Source: a virus (taxonomy: Duplodnaviria > Caudoviricetes). Taken from it: a DNA stretch of 24,677 nt. The notes beneath the pieces are model-generated. The model did not search any database. It had not been told where the DNA came from and saw nothing but the letters and a program-made list of their open reading frames with translations. Location of the stretch: positions 1 to 24,677 of IMG/VR virus record IMGVR_UViG_3300047400_000322. One strand, given 5' to 3'. This document shows positions 16,901 through 24,677 of the stretch, one piece after another; the first letter of the stretch is position 1, and the number at the start of each line of letters is the position of its first letter. Position numbers and translations under genes: made by a program.

Positions 16901-18171
16901 CGCCCGATCTCCTCAGCAGTTTCGCCCTGATATGTTGAGCTCAATCTAACAGACTTAGCATTAAGAGGGATGGTGGTCGATCCACCAAGATTTACCGCGT
17001 CGTAAAATTCCTCTACTCTTAAGAATAAGTGATTTGGATCGTCTATCTTCTTGATCCAGTCGCCCTTCTGCAAATTCTCGAAATTGCCTAATGCGCCGCT
17101 GACGGTATTTACGTAATTTTGACCGTTGGTCCAAGATACAGCAGTATCAGTCTCGTTGAACTTCTGCTTTCTCTGTAGATCTACGTACGCAACTTGCTCG
17201 TCAGCGAGAGTCTTAGTGCCAGCGCGAATTATGTAAGTTCTTGGATCTTGCGTGACCTTTACGTGTATGTCGTCAGACCAAGAGATCAAACCTGGAAGAG
17301 AAGCGTCGTGCTCCCAGTTTCCTTTAGACCTAAAGGTCGTGGCACTAGCATCTATGAACGCAGATATTACACTGTACGTGGAAGCATCTTCGTACCAGTA
17401 AGTCGTCCCGCCAAGCTCTCTTAGCTTGGTCATGACCGCGTCCATCCACTCCTTTAAGGACTCGATGTTTTTATCGGCGCCTTTGAACGGATTAACTCCG
17501 CCTGAGGTCATCGTTATTGGCGGTTCTGTTCTAGCGTAGGCAGTAGTTGGAAGCTGCTTAAAGTTATACGAGGAATAAGGATCTGGGTTTAGGCCGCCAG
17601 AACCGAGCCTAAACATCATATCTCTGGCGTCGGTGATAGATTCAATGACTAAGGCACCAACTTTAATCTTAGCTACAGGTATGGCGTTAGATGGAAAAGA
17701 TCCGGTTGAGACGTTGATCTGAACCTTCAGCACGGACTCGGTGTTTATGTCCTGAGTAAATTCGCCACCTACGCCTCCGTCCTTATCTGGGTCCCAGAAA
17801 GCTCTAGTGTCTGTTGACGTGTTGTAGGTTGTGAAAGTTAGATATACGTAGTTTACTGCGTTCTTTCTTAACTCAGGCACTATCGGTGCCGCGAGCGGAT
17901 GACCTTCTTCTAGGCCGTGAAAGAAACTGCCCGCAGTAGAGCCAGGATAAAACACTACTGACTCTGCAACCCTAATAGAGCAACTTTGGTTGCCTATGGC
18001 AGTCTGCGGATCTATTACGTCGAACCCCTTTAAAACGAAGGGTTTGTCTGAACCAACTATGCCTTTAAGTAAATACTTGAAATCACCCGCTGTGTAACTG
18101 TCTATCGATAATAGGTCTGGGAGATCTATTCTTTCAGCTGAACTTATCAGTAGTCTACCTAATACGGCCAT
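10996..18171 (-). CDS. Giant modular tail fibre, 2391 aa
   Basis: Directly follows the baseplate J/I-like genes (the P2 gpH position). Four QVAY-x-D/S-xx-R repeats, two IDSV...LFTxL repeats, DHGLLSGL...DH motif, short beta-helix, terminal IKKIDSS module. Confidence 0.85.
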   Translation of the reverse strand: MAVLGRLLISSAERIDLPDLLSIDSYTAGDFKYLLKGIVGSDKPFVLKGFDVIDPQTAIGNQSCSIRVAESVVFYPGSTAGSFFHGLEEGHPLAAPIVPELRKNAVNYVYLTFTTYNTSTDTRAFWDPDKDGGVGGEFTQDINTESVLKVQINVSTGSFPSNAIPVAKIKVGALVIESITDARDMMFRLGSGGLNPDPYSSYNFKQLPTTAYARTEPPITMTSGGVNPFKGADKNIESLKEWMDAVMTKLRELGGTTYWYEDASTYSVISAFIDASATTFRSKGNWEHDASLPGLISWSDDIHVKVTQDPRTYIIRAGTKTLADEQVAYVDLQRKQKFNETDTAVSWTNGQNYVNTVSGALGNFENLQKGDWIKKIDDPNHLFLRVEEFYDAVNLGGSTTIPLNAKSVRLSSTYQGETAEEIGRFDRGIYESSDVVVSDKNNAALTQAGGNFHWLATRSDVIQNISQIETVALSGTLSGPDGKTAKIYTATPHGLIDGERITVTAPAAHAGTYQVEVEDANVFYIQTAASTSGAFTAFYALAVTSSRDNGYGLELESAAHGLDSEDVIHITDTTNYNGSYSIRVRSSTTVQFAFSASVASETSGTLTQSRINVRAEQGISKIVQGEKVSIGEAETDNIKQFVGMTSLSETHPQYFVPPSYDTLDGFNNYNSLDTDSLTARVSKLTAMMADKAQDKTIKFLDNKDLRMINNTTNGSAQEITFTPVGSTLTLMVPGSGANAVVALPSASPGISLLVGQVAYVSIDRNYPTLPSIIVVDADELPIDENIFIIAARLTDSTIYIWDESVIPPGSTPAKGYLNTVIRQNQLLKLVKGGIWSWDLSSNTLAWDSSAYLQIPGLSETVNEIAAGSLVLQDGQVAYIDASRVVPGGLKTPVVVNQSDLVLTTDRFVIARRVGQDVIIGNHSAIISHGDNKKIYGQSNSINRVRMVDISSTSLPSSATIDSVSISNGDKVLFTKLSTTSDRGIYVASNVSTAVQWTKLSCFNGSTNPQSGSEVWVDPSTTNKWYTSKWIYDGIDWRRADNADVSFEPTGFPNTADSTLSFSDASRTLTISPVGSSFDYYIRGTRFRSTGATSQIPNVEGIYFFYFENNELKNQSTFDISILNQQAYVATAYWDATNSKAIMLGDERHGLSLDWATHNYLHNVHGTQISNGFAAGNYTIAGTGSSSSDAQLSIADGKIYDEDLVLSVANSATPSLPFQQKLSPIANLPVYYRSGTAGNWRKLTATDTPLIPGTVATGVAESTNIVCSSAATITSGQYFTINAYNDSQQFFVWYRKDGLGTAPVVPNRTEILVDILTGDAAATVATKTSTALSAISAFSVSVSTSTVTVANAQKGWTTDAAIVNLSGFTATVTTQGQDGTVPQFNKYDGTSWSTVNADSSSYVAMWVFATNNIQEPVIAIAGQRQDATLVLAQENNRYETLSLGTLPSQEMKVLYRIIYKVDTNYVNTIKAALRDVRDLRKAVDVSVAAYTPADHGLLSGLTDQDHPASAIFTNTSSFNGLLTAAENDVQKALDRIDDQASSKADSFQDRNIELVRGGNWSWTLTPTATLSWSSAAYIQVPGIPENRNTIPTGSVALSSDGQVAYVDINRTTGASANLTISVGDIGAITTNNNRVIIARRLGNDLIVGNNTFRLIDGESQALEAGLSNQNLQLLGSNVSESTSDPNYASRGAVNRITSNSEGLADAVARHDAEFDKYFGQLRMIAKTSGTKTRVRITGADRVTFTGETIIQELSSLKMSFTGAEIDFATGTIYGGDATLPLSTDFSSALGINFTPATISANNYLWYSVAINPSSTNTDNTVTIQLNVLAGSASGSTPTLAVKPAIGGVKKLGYVVVKDNGTGGSGTILAFDNASFSLPAASAQSKVMQLGVGSGSGGGTGLQKVKLVSATNTSLPLGAVSIDSVAVLPDDLVLFTNLSSNNSKIYKAQGTVGNITAWQPQFVFNGSDTPGDGDTAIGQQGTAFAETIGIFNGTNWVFNDKIRQFQGANYYEQSALYIKTLVNNTSSPTSAISYAYAGSESSIIDYTIVRGATRETGTLFVTTDGTTAAISGNSAAIGDVGIVFSAAISGSNIVVSYVSTSTGTDATMKYSVKRWSDASGGPSGVITSYTPSSPVVNGLGFIVGSAAQVAQNIATHTSINAAIAAASSGGRILVLSGTFTESVNVNVNNVILEGVGNTSVINGSLTVSANNCTVKSIKYNSANITGNSNNLVESWVNTGGAISDTGSKNAIRTADVWYPNRFTTTERNAISSPMSGSTVYNTTNSRLELYKNSSWVGVSDFQTGIPVSAVSANTTLTNSNQVVLVNTTSGNITITLPTPTAGIIINIKKIDSSLNNIVITPPSGTIDGTATRNVTTQYSSVTITSDGTNFWLI

Positions 18172-18187
18172 GTAACTATTTTACCTG
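18172..18187 (-). promoter_or_regulatory. Putative leaderless promoter: CAGG-TAAAAT-AGTTAC-ATG
   Basis: TAAAAT (18183-18178) lies 6 nt before ATG 18171, with an AT-rich upstream tract and no Shine-Dalgarno. Mirrors 828-843. Confidence 0.55.
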
Positions 18188-18210
18188 AATATAGCTTAAT
18201 AATTAAATAA

Positions 18211-20727
18211 TTAACCTGGATCTATGCCAGAATCATATACGTCTAATGTTGCATATAGCTGCTCAGGATATCTTACTAGGAAGTTGATAAAGATACCCGC
18301 ACTTTTGACAGATTTAATCAGGTCTTGAAGTATTATTCTAGCGTCAGACGGATTAGTAACATACGGCGCATACTCTAGCCCCTTAACGCTGAGCTTATGC
18401 GGACCTTTTTTACTTATCGCGACTATAGAGCCACCGGCCACATGATTCTTTTGGAACACATAAGACGGGTCCAACGCGAGCGTGGTGTCGTTAGGCTTGT
18501 ACAGATACCTTACTGGGCCTTCTTGAGTGTTTAGGCCGTAATCGAATATGATGAAGCCGCCTTCTTCGGGCAAAGTATTGCCTGCGTCTATATCTATTAG
18601 TCTAACTATCTTGCCGGCTTTTATTTCCGTGTTAGACTTAGACTTGTTAGAAGACAGCGTAAAGGGCTCTTTAGAGCTCCATATATACGGACCGGTTATT
18701 CTGGTGTCCTCGGCCTCGTCGGCATTGCAGAGAACTACCTTAGATCCATTTTGAGCCATAGCGATTCTTTCTACTCTGGTGACGCCGCCTGAAGAATCTG
18801 TACCGTCTGGTCCGTAAGAAACGCAAGAGATAGTGTTATTGGTCGTAGATACTATCTTGTATGAACCGTTGAGATTATGGTTGAACAGTATGCTTGCACC
18901 TAGGGTAGTAGAGGTGGCGATGCTACTGATCACTATAGAGCTAGTAGATATCGATTCTATCTGCGTATAGTCAGGTAAACCAGGAGCCCAAACTAACTGA
19001 CCAACATTTAGGCTCATGACGGTAGGAAGCGACGTTATGACGTTGCTGCCGGTCACTATATCGCCAGTAAGTGCGATATTGCTTATTCCACCTGATTCGC
19101 TTACGATTACAGTCTCACCGATCTTATAATCATGGTCCGTTGCGGTCGATATAGTTAGCGTGTTGCTAGACCTAGACATTATAGATATGTTTTTCTCTTT
19201 TAGTGAAGTTATTTCCGGCAGCGCTGGCGAGATATCTCTTAAAGTGTTGTCTAGCACTTTTACTGTGTGATTGATTATAACTTTGTCTGCTGTAGCGGAC
19301 ATGTTTATCGTAGTCCCTGATACGCTTAAGACTACCGACCATGCCGGAACTCCATCACACTGGATCTGTTGACCTGGCTGTATACCGGACGTATCGCTGA
19401 CGTTTAAGATCTGATAGGAGCCGCTCGATATGTCACCAGATATGGTCTTTAAAACTCTTGATGAGTACGCGTACTTTATCGGCTTAAAGTCTAATCTCGT
19501 GCTGAATTGCACAGAATTAACTGTATCTTCTGATTTAGTCAAGTATCTACTAGAGATCCCATCCAATCTTTCTAGAAAAAACGTCCCTGATTCCGGAAAA
19601 CCTAGAGCGTTTTCTAATACCAAAGTGTTCGCATCTGGCGCGCTGGCCATTTTTCCAGTAGCACCGTTAATATGAAGCGAACCTCTCAAGGATCTCTTGA
19701 CCACCGGCGGAGAAGTAGGCGTTTCTACTACTATCTCGCCGGACTTAGTTTCCCAAGTCATTGCTCTCTTTGGGTTTCTGTACGCTGAATACTTGTCCGA
19801 GGTTATGAATTTAAGCTCGTCGCTTGAAGTTTGAGTGTAATTACCGATCGATGAGAATAGGTTTATGAAGCTTATTTTGTTATCGGATAGCGATATGTCT
19901 GTGATCGGAAAAGAGCCCTCGTTGCCTGGAATATCGGAAATAACGATATCACCGATCGAGAGCTTAGATATGTTCGGCGCTGTTCCGGCTATATGCTGAA
20001 AAGTTGTCGTATTTCCGATCTTTGTTATCGACCACTGCGTGTCTTCGCCGTTGCCTGCATCTTGGATAAAACCGTTAAATCTGAACGCTATGTTAGCCCT
20101 GCCGCCTGTTATTCTTATCGATCCCTTTGACCCTATAGTTTTACTGAAAAGTCTTATGTAGTAGCCTTTAGTTATAGAATCGTAGTAAGACGTAGCGTAG
20201 CTGTTCTTAGCTTGTCTATTTATTGAAGCGACAACCTCGTTTATGTTGGCCGATGATATGTCTGAAAAATCAGCAGAGTTAAAAACTATTCTTTCAGAGT
20301 CTAGTTCGTCCACTAAGTACTCAAACTCCCAGCCGTCTCGCATGCTGAAAGGAGCGAAAGACTGAGTTGTTATGAAAGCTGTCGTCGACTCCTTGAAGAA
20401 GAATATGTCCAACAGCTGGTCGATTATTAACTTAACCTGCTTAGGCTTATAGGACAGCACTGGTATGTACTCTCTGAATGATGTATCGTCCATGCCTACC
20501 AGTCTTGGTCTTGATATTCTGCTGTTAGATGCGAGTCTGTCTATGTATGGCCTAGAAGCTGTCTTTATGAAGAACTGCTTCCTAACTTCCTCGACTAGAT
20601 CTGCAGTAAACTGGTCAGACTGACCGACAGCCTCGACGAGACCTCGCCAGTTAGTATTGCCTCTAGTGTTTAGATGCTTAGGCAGTAAGCCGTGAAGATT
20701 GTCTTTCTTAGACCTGTTCTGCGCCAT
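18211..20727 (-). CDS. Baseplate wedge protein, P2 gpI/Mu gp48-like, enlarged (838 aa)
   Basis: N-terminal LLP...FIKTASRPYIDRLA...R...MDDTSFR and C-terminal LIKSVKSAGIFINF resemble the gpI-like ends. Lies 1 nt after the gpJ-like gene. Confidence 0.7.
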   Translation of the reverse strand: MAQNRSKKDNLHGLLPKHLNTRGNTNWRGLVEAVGQSDQFTADLVEEVRKQFFIKTASRPYIDRLASNSRISRPRLVGMDDTSFREYIPVLSYKPKQVKLIIDQLLDIFFFKESTTAFITTQSFAPFSMRDGWEFEYLVDELDSERIVFNSADFSDISSANINEVVASINRQAKNSYATSYYDSITKGYYIRLFSKTIGSKGSIRITGGRANIAFRFNGFIQDAGNGEDTQWSITKIGNTTTFQHIAGTAPNISKLSIGDIVISDIPGNEGSFPITDISLSDNKISFINLFSSIGNYTQTSSDELKFITSDKYSAYRNPKRAMTWETKSGEIVVETPTSPPVVKRSLRGSLHINGATGKMASAPDANTLVLENALGFPESGTFFLERLDGISSRYLTKSEDTVNSVQFSTRLDFKPIKYAYSSRVLKTISGDISSGSYQILNVSDTSGIQPGQQIQCDGVPAWSVVLSVSGTTINMSATADKVIINHTVKVLDNTLRDISPALPEITSLKEKNISIMSRSSNTLTISTATDHDYKIGETVIVSESGGISNIALTGDIVTGSNVITSLPTVMSLNVGQLVWAPGLPDYTQIESISTSSIVISSIATSTTLGASILFNHNLNGSYKIVSTTNNTISCVSYGPDGTDSSGGVTRVERIAMAQNGSKVVLCNADEAEDTRITGPYIWSSKEPFTLSSNKSKSNTEIKAGKIVRLIDIDAGNTLPEEGGFIIFDYGLNTQEGPVRYLYKPNDTTLALDPSYVFQKNHVAGGSIVAISKKGPHKLSVKGLEYAPYVTNPSDARIILQDLIKSVKSAGIFINFLVRYPEQLYATLDVYDSGIDPG

Positions 20728-20728
20728 T

Positions 20729-23700
20729 TTAAGCGATGCCTATGTCGTCTGGTGTTATGGTAGCCTTCTCGTTGTCGCTTATCGTTATGCGTTCTGTGCT
20801 TGGCTCTGGACTAGTAAACGTTACTGCTCCAACGCCCTTTATCTGCATCACGCTAGCGATTATTTCTGACAATATCACGTCTTGACCGACGCCAAGCGAA
20901 GACACGTAGTTTATTATCACAGACTTAATGTTGCTACTGATGTCGCCTAGATTGACACCCTCGTCTGTAGTTACATTTATGGATATGCTGAGTCTCTTGA
21001 TAAGAGGAGGCAGGATCTCAATCGCGCCTCCGACAGCTCTTCTTCCGGGAAAGTTTTCCGCGTCTGGCTCGTAACCGTCCACTACTCTCTGAGTTCTTCT
21101 GAGAAGTCCCGTGTAGTATAGATAGCCGTCTATGCCTGTGGTTATATCTGTGCTATAGCCCAACTTACCCATGTGCGATACGCTAGTATTGTTCTCGCTA
21201 GAGAACTTATAAGCTCTATTGCTAGGGCTTAAATACATGGATCTTCTTTCGTTGTCTAGGTCGTCTAAAGCTATATGCTCAATCTTTCTTAAAGACGAGA
21301 ACTTATTCTGCAAGCTTTCAGTGACATATAGACCATCTGGTCTTATAGACATAAGCACGTCAGACTGCGCTGCACCTATGCTGTTTGCTACTCTCACGAA
21401 CGGTCGAAGATCGTCGGGTCTATGTCCTATTTCACCTATCTCAAAAGTTCCAGAGTTATTCGAAGTAAACCAGTTGTTGTTTACTATGTTCTGTATTGAG
21501 ACAGTATCTCCGGCAAATGCCGAATCGCCTTCCATAACTATCAAGTCATTCACTGAATCTAGCTGTATGCCAGTGTTATATCCGGTCATCATGTCGTAAG
21601 CGATACCCTCTGCGACTCCACTTGATCCAGAGTAATTAGCGCCAAGATTTACTTGCGTCGCAAGCGCAGGGTTCGCGTTGGACATAGACACAACCTGCCT
21701 ATAAGCGGAATCTTCGTCTTCTTTCTTTTTTATCCAGTCGCCTACGCTCAGATACTTAAATGTTCCGGCGATGCCTGTCACCACGTTAGTGTTCGCGGAC
21801 CACGTTGGAAAAAGACTCTTGCTGTTTAGACTTTTAGTGTATATCTTTTCATCTGTGGCGTTAGAGTTTTCAAAAATTATAGAATCGTTGTCTACAGCTA
21901 GGACTCTATATTTGCCGTTATTGTTAGACTTAAAGCTTGAGCCACCTAGTATTAGATAGTCATCTACCGCAACGCCGCAGTCAGTGAACCTAGGAGAATC
22001 CCCGTCGTGCCTGGCGATCCTGACTAGACTGTTAACGCCTAACGTTTGAATTTTATATCTTGTCTGCGTAAAGCCAGATTTAATTAGAGTGGCACCTACG
22101 CTTGCCTCTGTAAAGGCAGCACCGGAGGATGAGAACGTTAGCTGATTTTGAGAAGTAACAGATACTGAAGTATAAGTACCGTCTGCCAAGTGATTGCTGT
22201 CCCTTATCAACACAGAATCACCGTCGTCCAGCATATGAGAGTCATCGCAGTTTATCGTTACTGTCGAGCCGACTCTAGATATTGAGTTTATCTTCACTGG
22301 AGCAGAGTGCTTGAGATGCCACCTAACACCGTAAGATGGACACACAGATAGCTTGCCGGCTCCGTAAGAAGCCGTCATCACCTTTCCTCTTGGATTTACA
22401 ACGTCCAGCCAGTTTTCTTCGTCATTTACAGCTATCACTGGGAAACCTGGGTTTGTGCCATCGCCTCCAGGAAGAGATCTATTTTTCCATGACCACGACG
22501 TAAGAGCGCCGTAAGCTAGCAGCATATCGCCTTCTTTCACCTGAGATAGAGACGCCGCGCCATCATGCTCCCATCGCCAAACTATACCAGCAGGTCTTCC
22601 GTACAGCGAAGATACGTCTGTTACGTCGAAAACAGTGGTTGATTCTGCGCTTATATTTTTCTCGTTAAGAGTGTACTCTGTAACACCGGAAGATGGATTA
22701 ATTACGTCCACCGTGTCTGTCGATATTAGCCTAGAAAGTCTTCTAACCCCAGCATCGTTCTGCAAGAGTACTGTGTCGCCCACGTTGAAGGTGTCTGGAA
22801 ATGCTGGTACCTTTATGAGGAGTCTCTCGCCGGACTCGTCGTTTGTTGTTTCAGACTCTGTTAGGATATACGCCTGCGATTTATTGGCGTTTCCGCCTAT
22901 AACTTCGATCGACCCACTTGATCCCAAGCTCTTAGACGTTATCTGAACGTTTTGTCTATCATCCGCGACAGATATATTCGCTATGATGGGCAGCTGCGAT
23001 AGAGCTTTTTGAGTGAGATGGTGGTGCACGTTATTTACGGTAACTGGGATCAGCTTAAATACTTCGCCTACTTCAGCGATATCTGAGTTTGGCGCTGTAC
23101 TGGTGCTATATATGGCGTTAACAGCCTCAAGATCCATAGCGTACTTCAGCGTAAAGTTTGGGTTTGAGTTGTTAAAGCTTTTAACGTAGTTTAGTCCGTC
23201 ATACAGCTTAACGTGATCTCTGAGATCTGAAGAGTTCGGGTTGTGACCGTAAGCTAGAGATGCAGAGTCACCAGTGTAGCTGTAGAAATCTTCCTTAGTG
23301 GATGTCGATATCTCTGCGGTAGGCGTACCTATTGGTGCTGCTATCATCATGTTACCAGAGCTTATCGTCTGGCATATGTCAGAAACTGCCGTACCGTTAA
23401 GTTGAAATATGCTTATAGAGCCTGGATTAGTGATGATCTCGCTAGTGCCTAACGATCCGTTTATGTCTATTATAAAGAAGCCTGAGGTTCCGTCGTCGGA
23501 CGGAAGAGTATTGCCGTTAAACTCTCTGAATATGGACACGTTATTTGATAAGCTTGACGCGGAGAACTTTAGATCTGAGTTTATCGCGGCCGCTGTAGCG
23601 GAAGCAACTATAACATTTGAATCGCCTTTGTCTACAGTGCTTACCTTGATAGATCTTCTAGCGCCGTGGAAAGGTTCTTGAGTACCTATCGCACCGACGT

Positions 23701-24677
23701 CATACCAGACTGCAACGCTACCTTCGTCGTCGTGGATTATGAAGTATTTACCGCTTATGCTCACGTCATCAGTTCCAGCGATAGTGCCGACGCTAAAGCC
23801 AGATGTTTCCGCCGTAGCGGCAGCTAGATTTCCATTTTGATTGTTGGTAATTATTATCTGGCTGCTTATAAGCGACACGCTAAATGCAGCGTCTAGCGTT
23901 AACTCTATAGCTATCTTGTCAGCCACGTCCACAGCCGTGTCTCCAGATATTATAGTGGCTATTCTTACAGCTCTGTCTGCTCCGTGAGGAGGAGCTGGGA
24001 CGCCAGTGTTATCTACATCGAACCAAACCGCCACTGTTCCAGACGAATCGCTCATCTTGAAGTACTTCTGGTGCAGTGATCCTGCGACGTCTGCTACAGT
24101 ATCAATGGTGTATATAGTTGGAGTCCCTACTACGTCTGCGTTTGTGGATATCTGAGTATTTTCTGGGCTTCCGCTTAAAGTTATAGACGCGTTTGGGTTA
24201 AAGACTCTTACAGTTAGACCATCTTTGTTGAAGATCTTGTACTGGCCTCTGTTAGAAAAGCTAACGCCAGAAGTTTCACTTATAGATACTACATCGCCTA
24301 TATTAACGCTTGCGAAGTTACCTGAAGAGAAAGTGTAGTCGTAGTAATCGCCAGATATAGTGGGCGAACCGCTAGGAAAATTTGTCGTCGTATCAGGATA
24401 CGGACCGCTGACTGCTATAGTATCGCCTGCTGCTATGGCAGTTGGCCTCGCAGAGCCAGAACCATACACGTAAGAGTACTTTGTATAGGATGGAAAGTTC
24501 CTCTGTAGTAGTGTCGGCGATTGGTCCGTCGATGACGGATACTCTAGACTAAATCTTATGTTGTTGCCGTTAGGCCCAAACTGAGAAGATCTCACGACCA
24601 TCTTTCCGCCACCAGAAGCTGAACCGCCAGTTGCGTACCAGTTTCTAGCCCTCATCCAAACTGCGTAATCAGAGAAC
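20729..24677 (-). CDS. Baseplate J-like (gpJ/gp47/gp6-type) protein, enlarged, 5'-partial (>1315 aa)
   Basis: C-terminus RAVGGAIEILPP...IKSVIINYVSSLGVGQDVILSEIIASVMQIKGV is the typical baseplate J end. The frame stays open upstream of 24655 (FSDYAVW-M) to the window edge. Confidence 0.8.
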   Translation of the reverse strand, partial: FSDYAVWMRARNWYATGGSASGGGKMVVRSSQFGPNGNNIRFSLEYPSSTDQSPTLLQRNFPSYTKYSYVYGSGSARPTAIAAGDTIAVSGPYPDTTTNFPSGSPTISGDYYDYTFSSGNFASVNIGDVVSISETSGVSFSNRGQYKIFNKDGLTVRVFNPNASITLSGSPENTQISTNADVVGTPTIYTIDTVADVAGSLHQKYFKMSDSSGTVAVWFDVDNTGVPAPPHGADRAVRIATIISGDTAVDVADKIAIELTLDAAFSVSLISSQIIITNNQNGNLAAATAETSGFSVGTIAGTDDVSISGKYFIIHDDEGSVAVWYDVGAIGTQEPFHGARRSIKVSTVDKGDSNVIVASATAAAINSDLKFSASSLSNNVSIFREFNGNTLPSDDGTSGFFIIDINGSLGTSEIITNPGSISIFQLNGTAVSDICQTISSGNMMIAAPIGTPTAEISTSTKEDFYSYTGDSASLAYGHNPNSSDLRDHVKLYDGLNYVKSFNNSNPNFTLKYAMDLEAVNAIYSTSTAPNSDIAEVGEVFKLIPVTVNNVHHHLTQKALSQLPIIANISVADDRQNVQITSKSLGSSGSIEVIGGNANKSQAYILTESETTNDESGERLLIKVPAFPDTFNVGDTVLLQNDAGVRRLSRLISTDTVDVINPSSGVTEYTLNEKNISAESTTVFDVTDVSSLYGRPAGIVWRWEHDGAASLSQVKEGDMLLAYGALTSWSWKNRSLPGGDGTNPGFPVIAVNDEENWLDVVNPRGKVMTASYGAGKLSVCPSYGVRWHLKHSAPVKINSISRVGSTVTINCDDSHMLDDGDSVLIRDSNHLADGTYTSVSVTSQNQLTFSSSGAAFTEASVGATLIKSGFTQTRYKIQTLGVNSLVRIARHDGDSPRFTDCGVAVDDYLILGGSSFKSNNNGKYRVLAVDNDSIIFENSNATDEKIYTKSLNSKSLFPTWSANTNVVTGIAGTFKYLSVGDWIKKKEDEDSAYRQVVSMSNANPALATQVNLGANYSGSSGVAEGIAYDMMTGYNTGIQLDSVNDLIVMEGDSAFAGDTVSIQNIVNNNWFTSNNSGTFEIGEIGHRPDDLRPFVRVANSIGAAQSDVLMSIRPDGLYVTESLQNKFSSLRKIEHIALDDLDNERRSMYLSPSNRAYKFSSENNTSVSHMGKLGYSTDITTGIDGYLYYTGLLRRTQRVVDGYEPDAENFPGRRAVGGAIEILPPLIKRLSISINVTTDEGVNLGDISSNIKSVIINYVSSLGVGQDVILSEIIASVMQIKGVGAVTFTSPEPSTERITISDNEKATITPDDIGIA

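Noticed and set aside
18211-24677. Bacterial contractile injection system or tailocin instead of a phage
   Set aside because: The adjacent phage-type primase, SF4 helicase and SF2 helicase in dense overlapping genes, with no host housekeeping genes, favour a replicating phage.
1-24677. tRNA, rRNA, CRISPR array, intron or intein
   Set aside because: Intergenic gaps are all under about 80 nt, no spaced repeats were seen, and the helicase and primase motifs are uninterrupted.

Overview
A 24.7 kb piece of a large, contractile-tailed (myovirus-like) dsDNA phage genome in the standard genetic code. The left 3.85 kb is a replication module. It has an SF2 DExH (UvsW/XPB-like) helicase on the minus strand (missing from the ORF track because it runs off the window). 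Divergent from it are two unknown genes, a DnaB/SF4 helicase, a Zn-finger+TOPRIM primase and another unknown gene. The right 20.8 kb is a minus-strand virion module: greatly enlarged baseplate J-like (>1315 aa, partial) and I-like (838 aa) proteins, a 2391-aa modular tail fibre, and a mosaic receptor-binding region. Highlights: (1) two copies of a gene pair in which a fibre ending in a conserved ~85-aa IKKIDSS...SDGxNFxLI module is followed by a stand-alone MGFL-start tail-collar gene, a possible plug-and-socket tip system; (2) a compositionally foreign fibre+chaperone cassette with a 63-aa chimeric ORF that looks like a fossil recombination junction; (3) a probable leaderless promoter, CAGG-TARAAT-N6-ATG, in front of both the helicase and the giant fibre. 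I saw no RNA genes, CRISPR arrays, reverse transcriptase or recombinase. All family assignments come from motif recognition by eye, not database searches.
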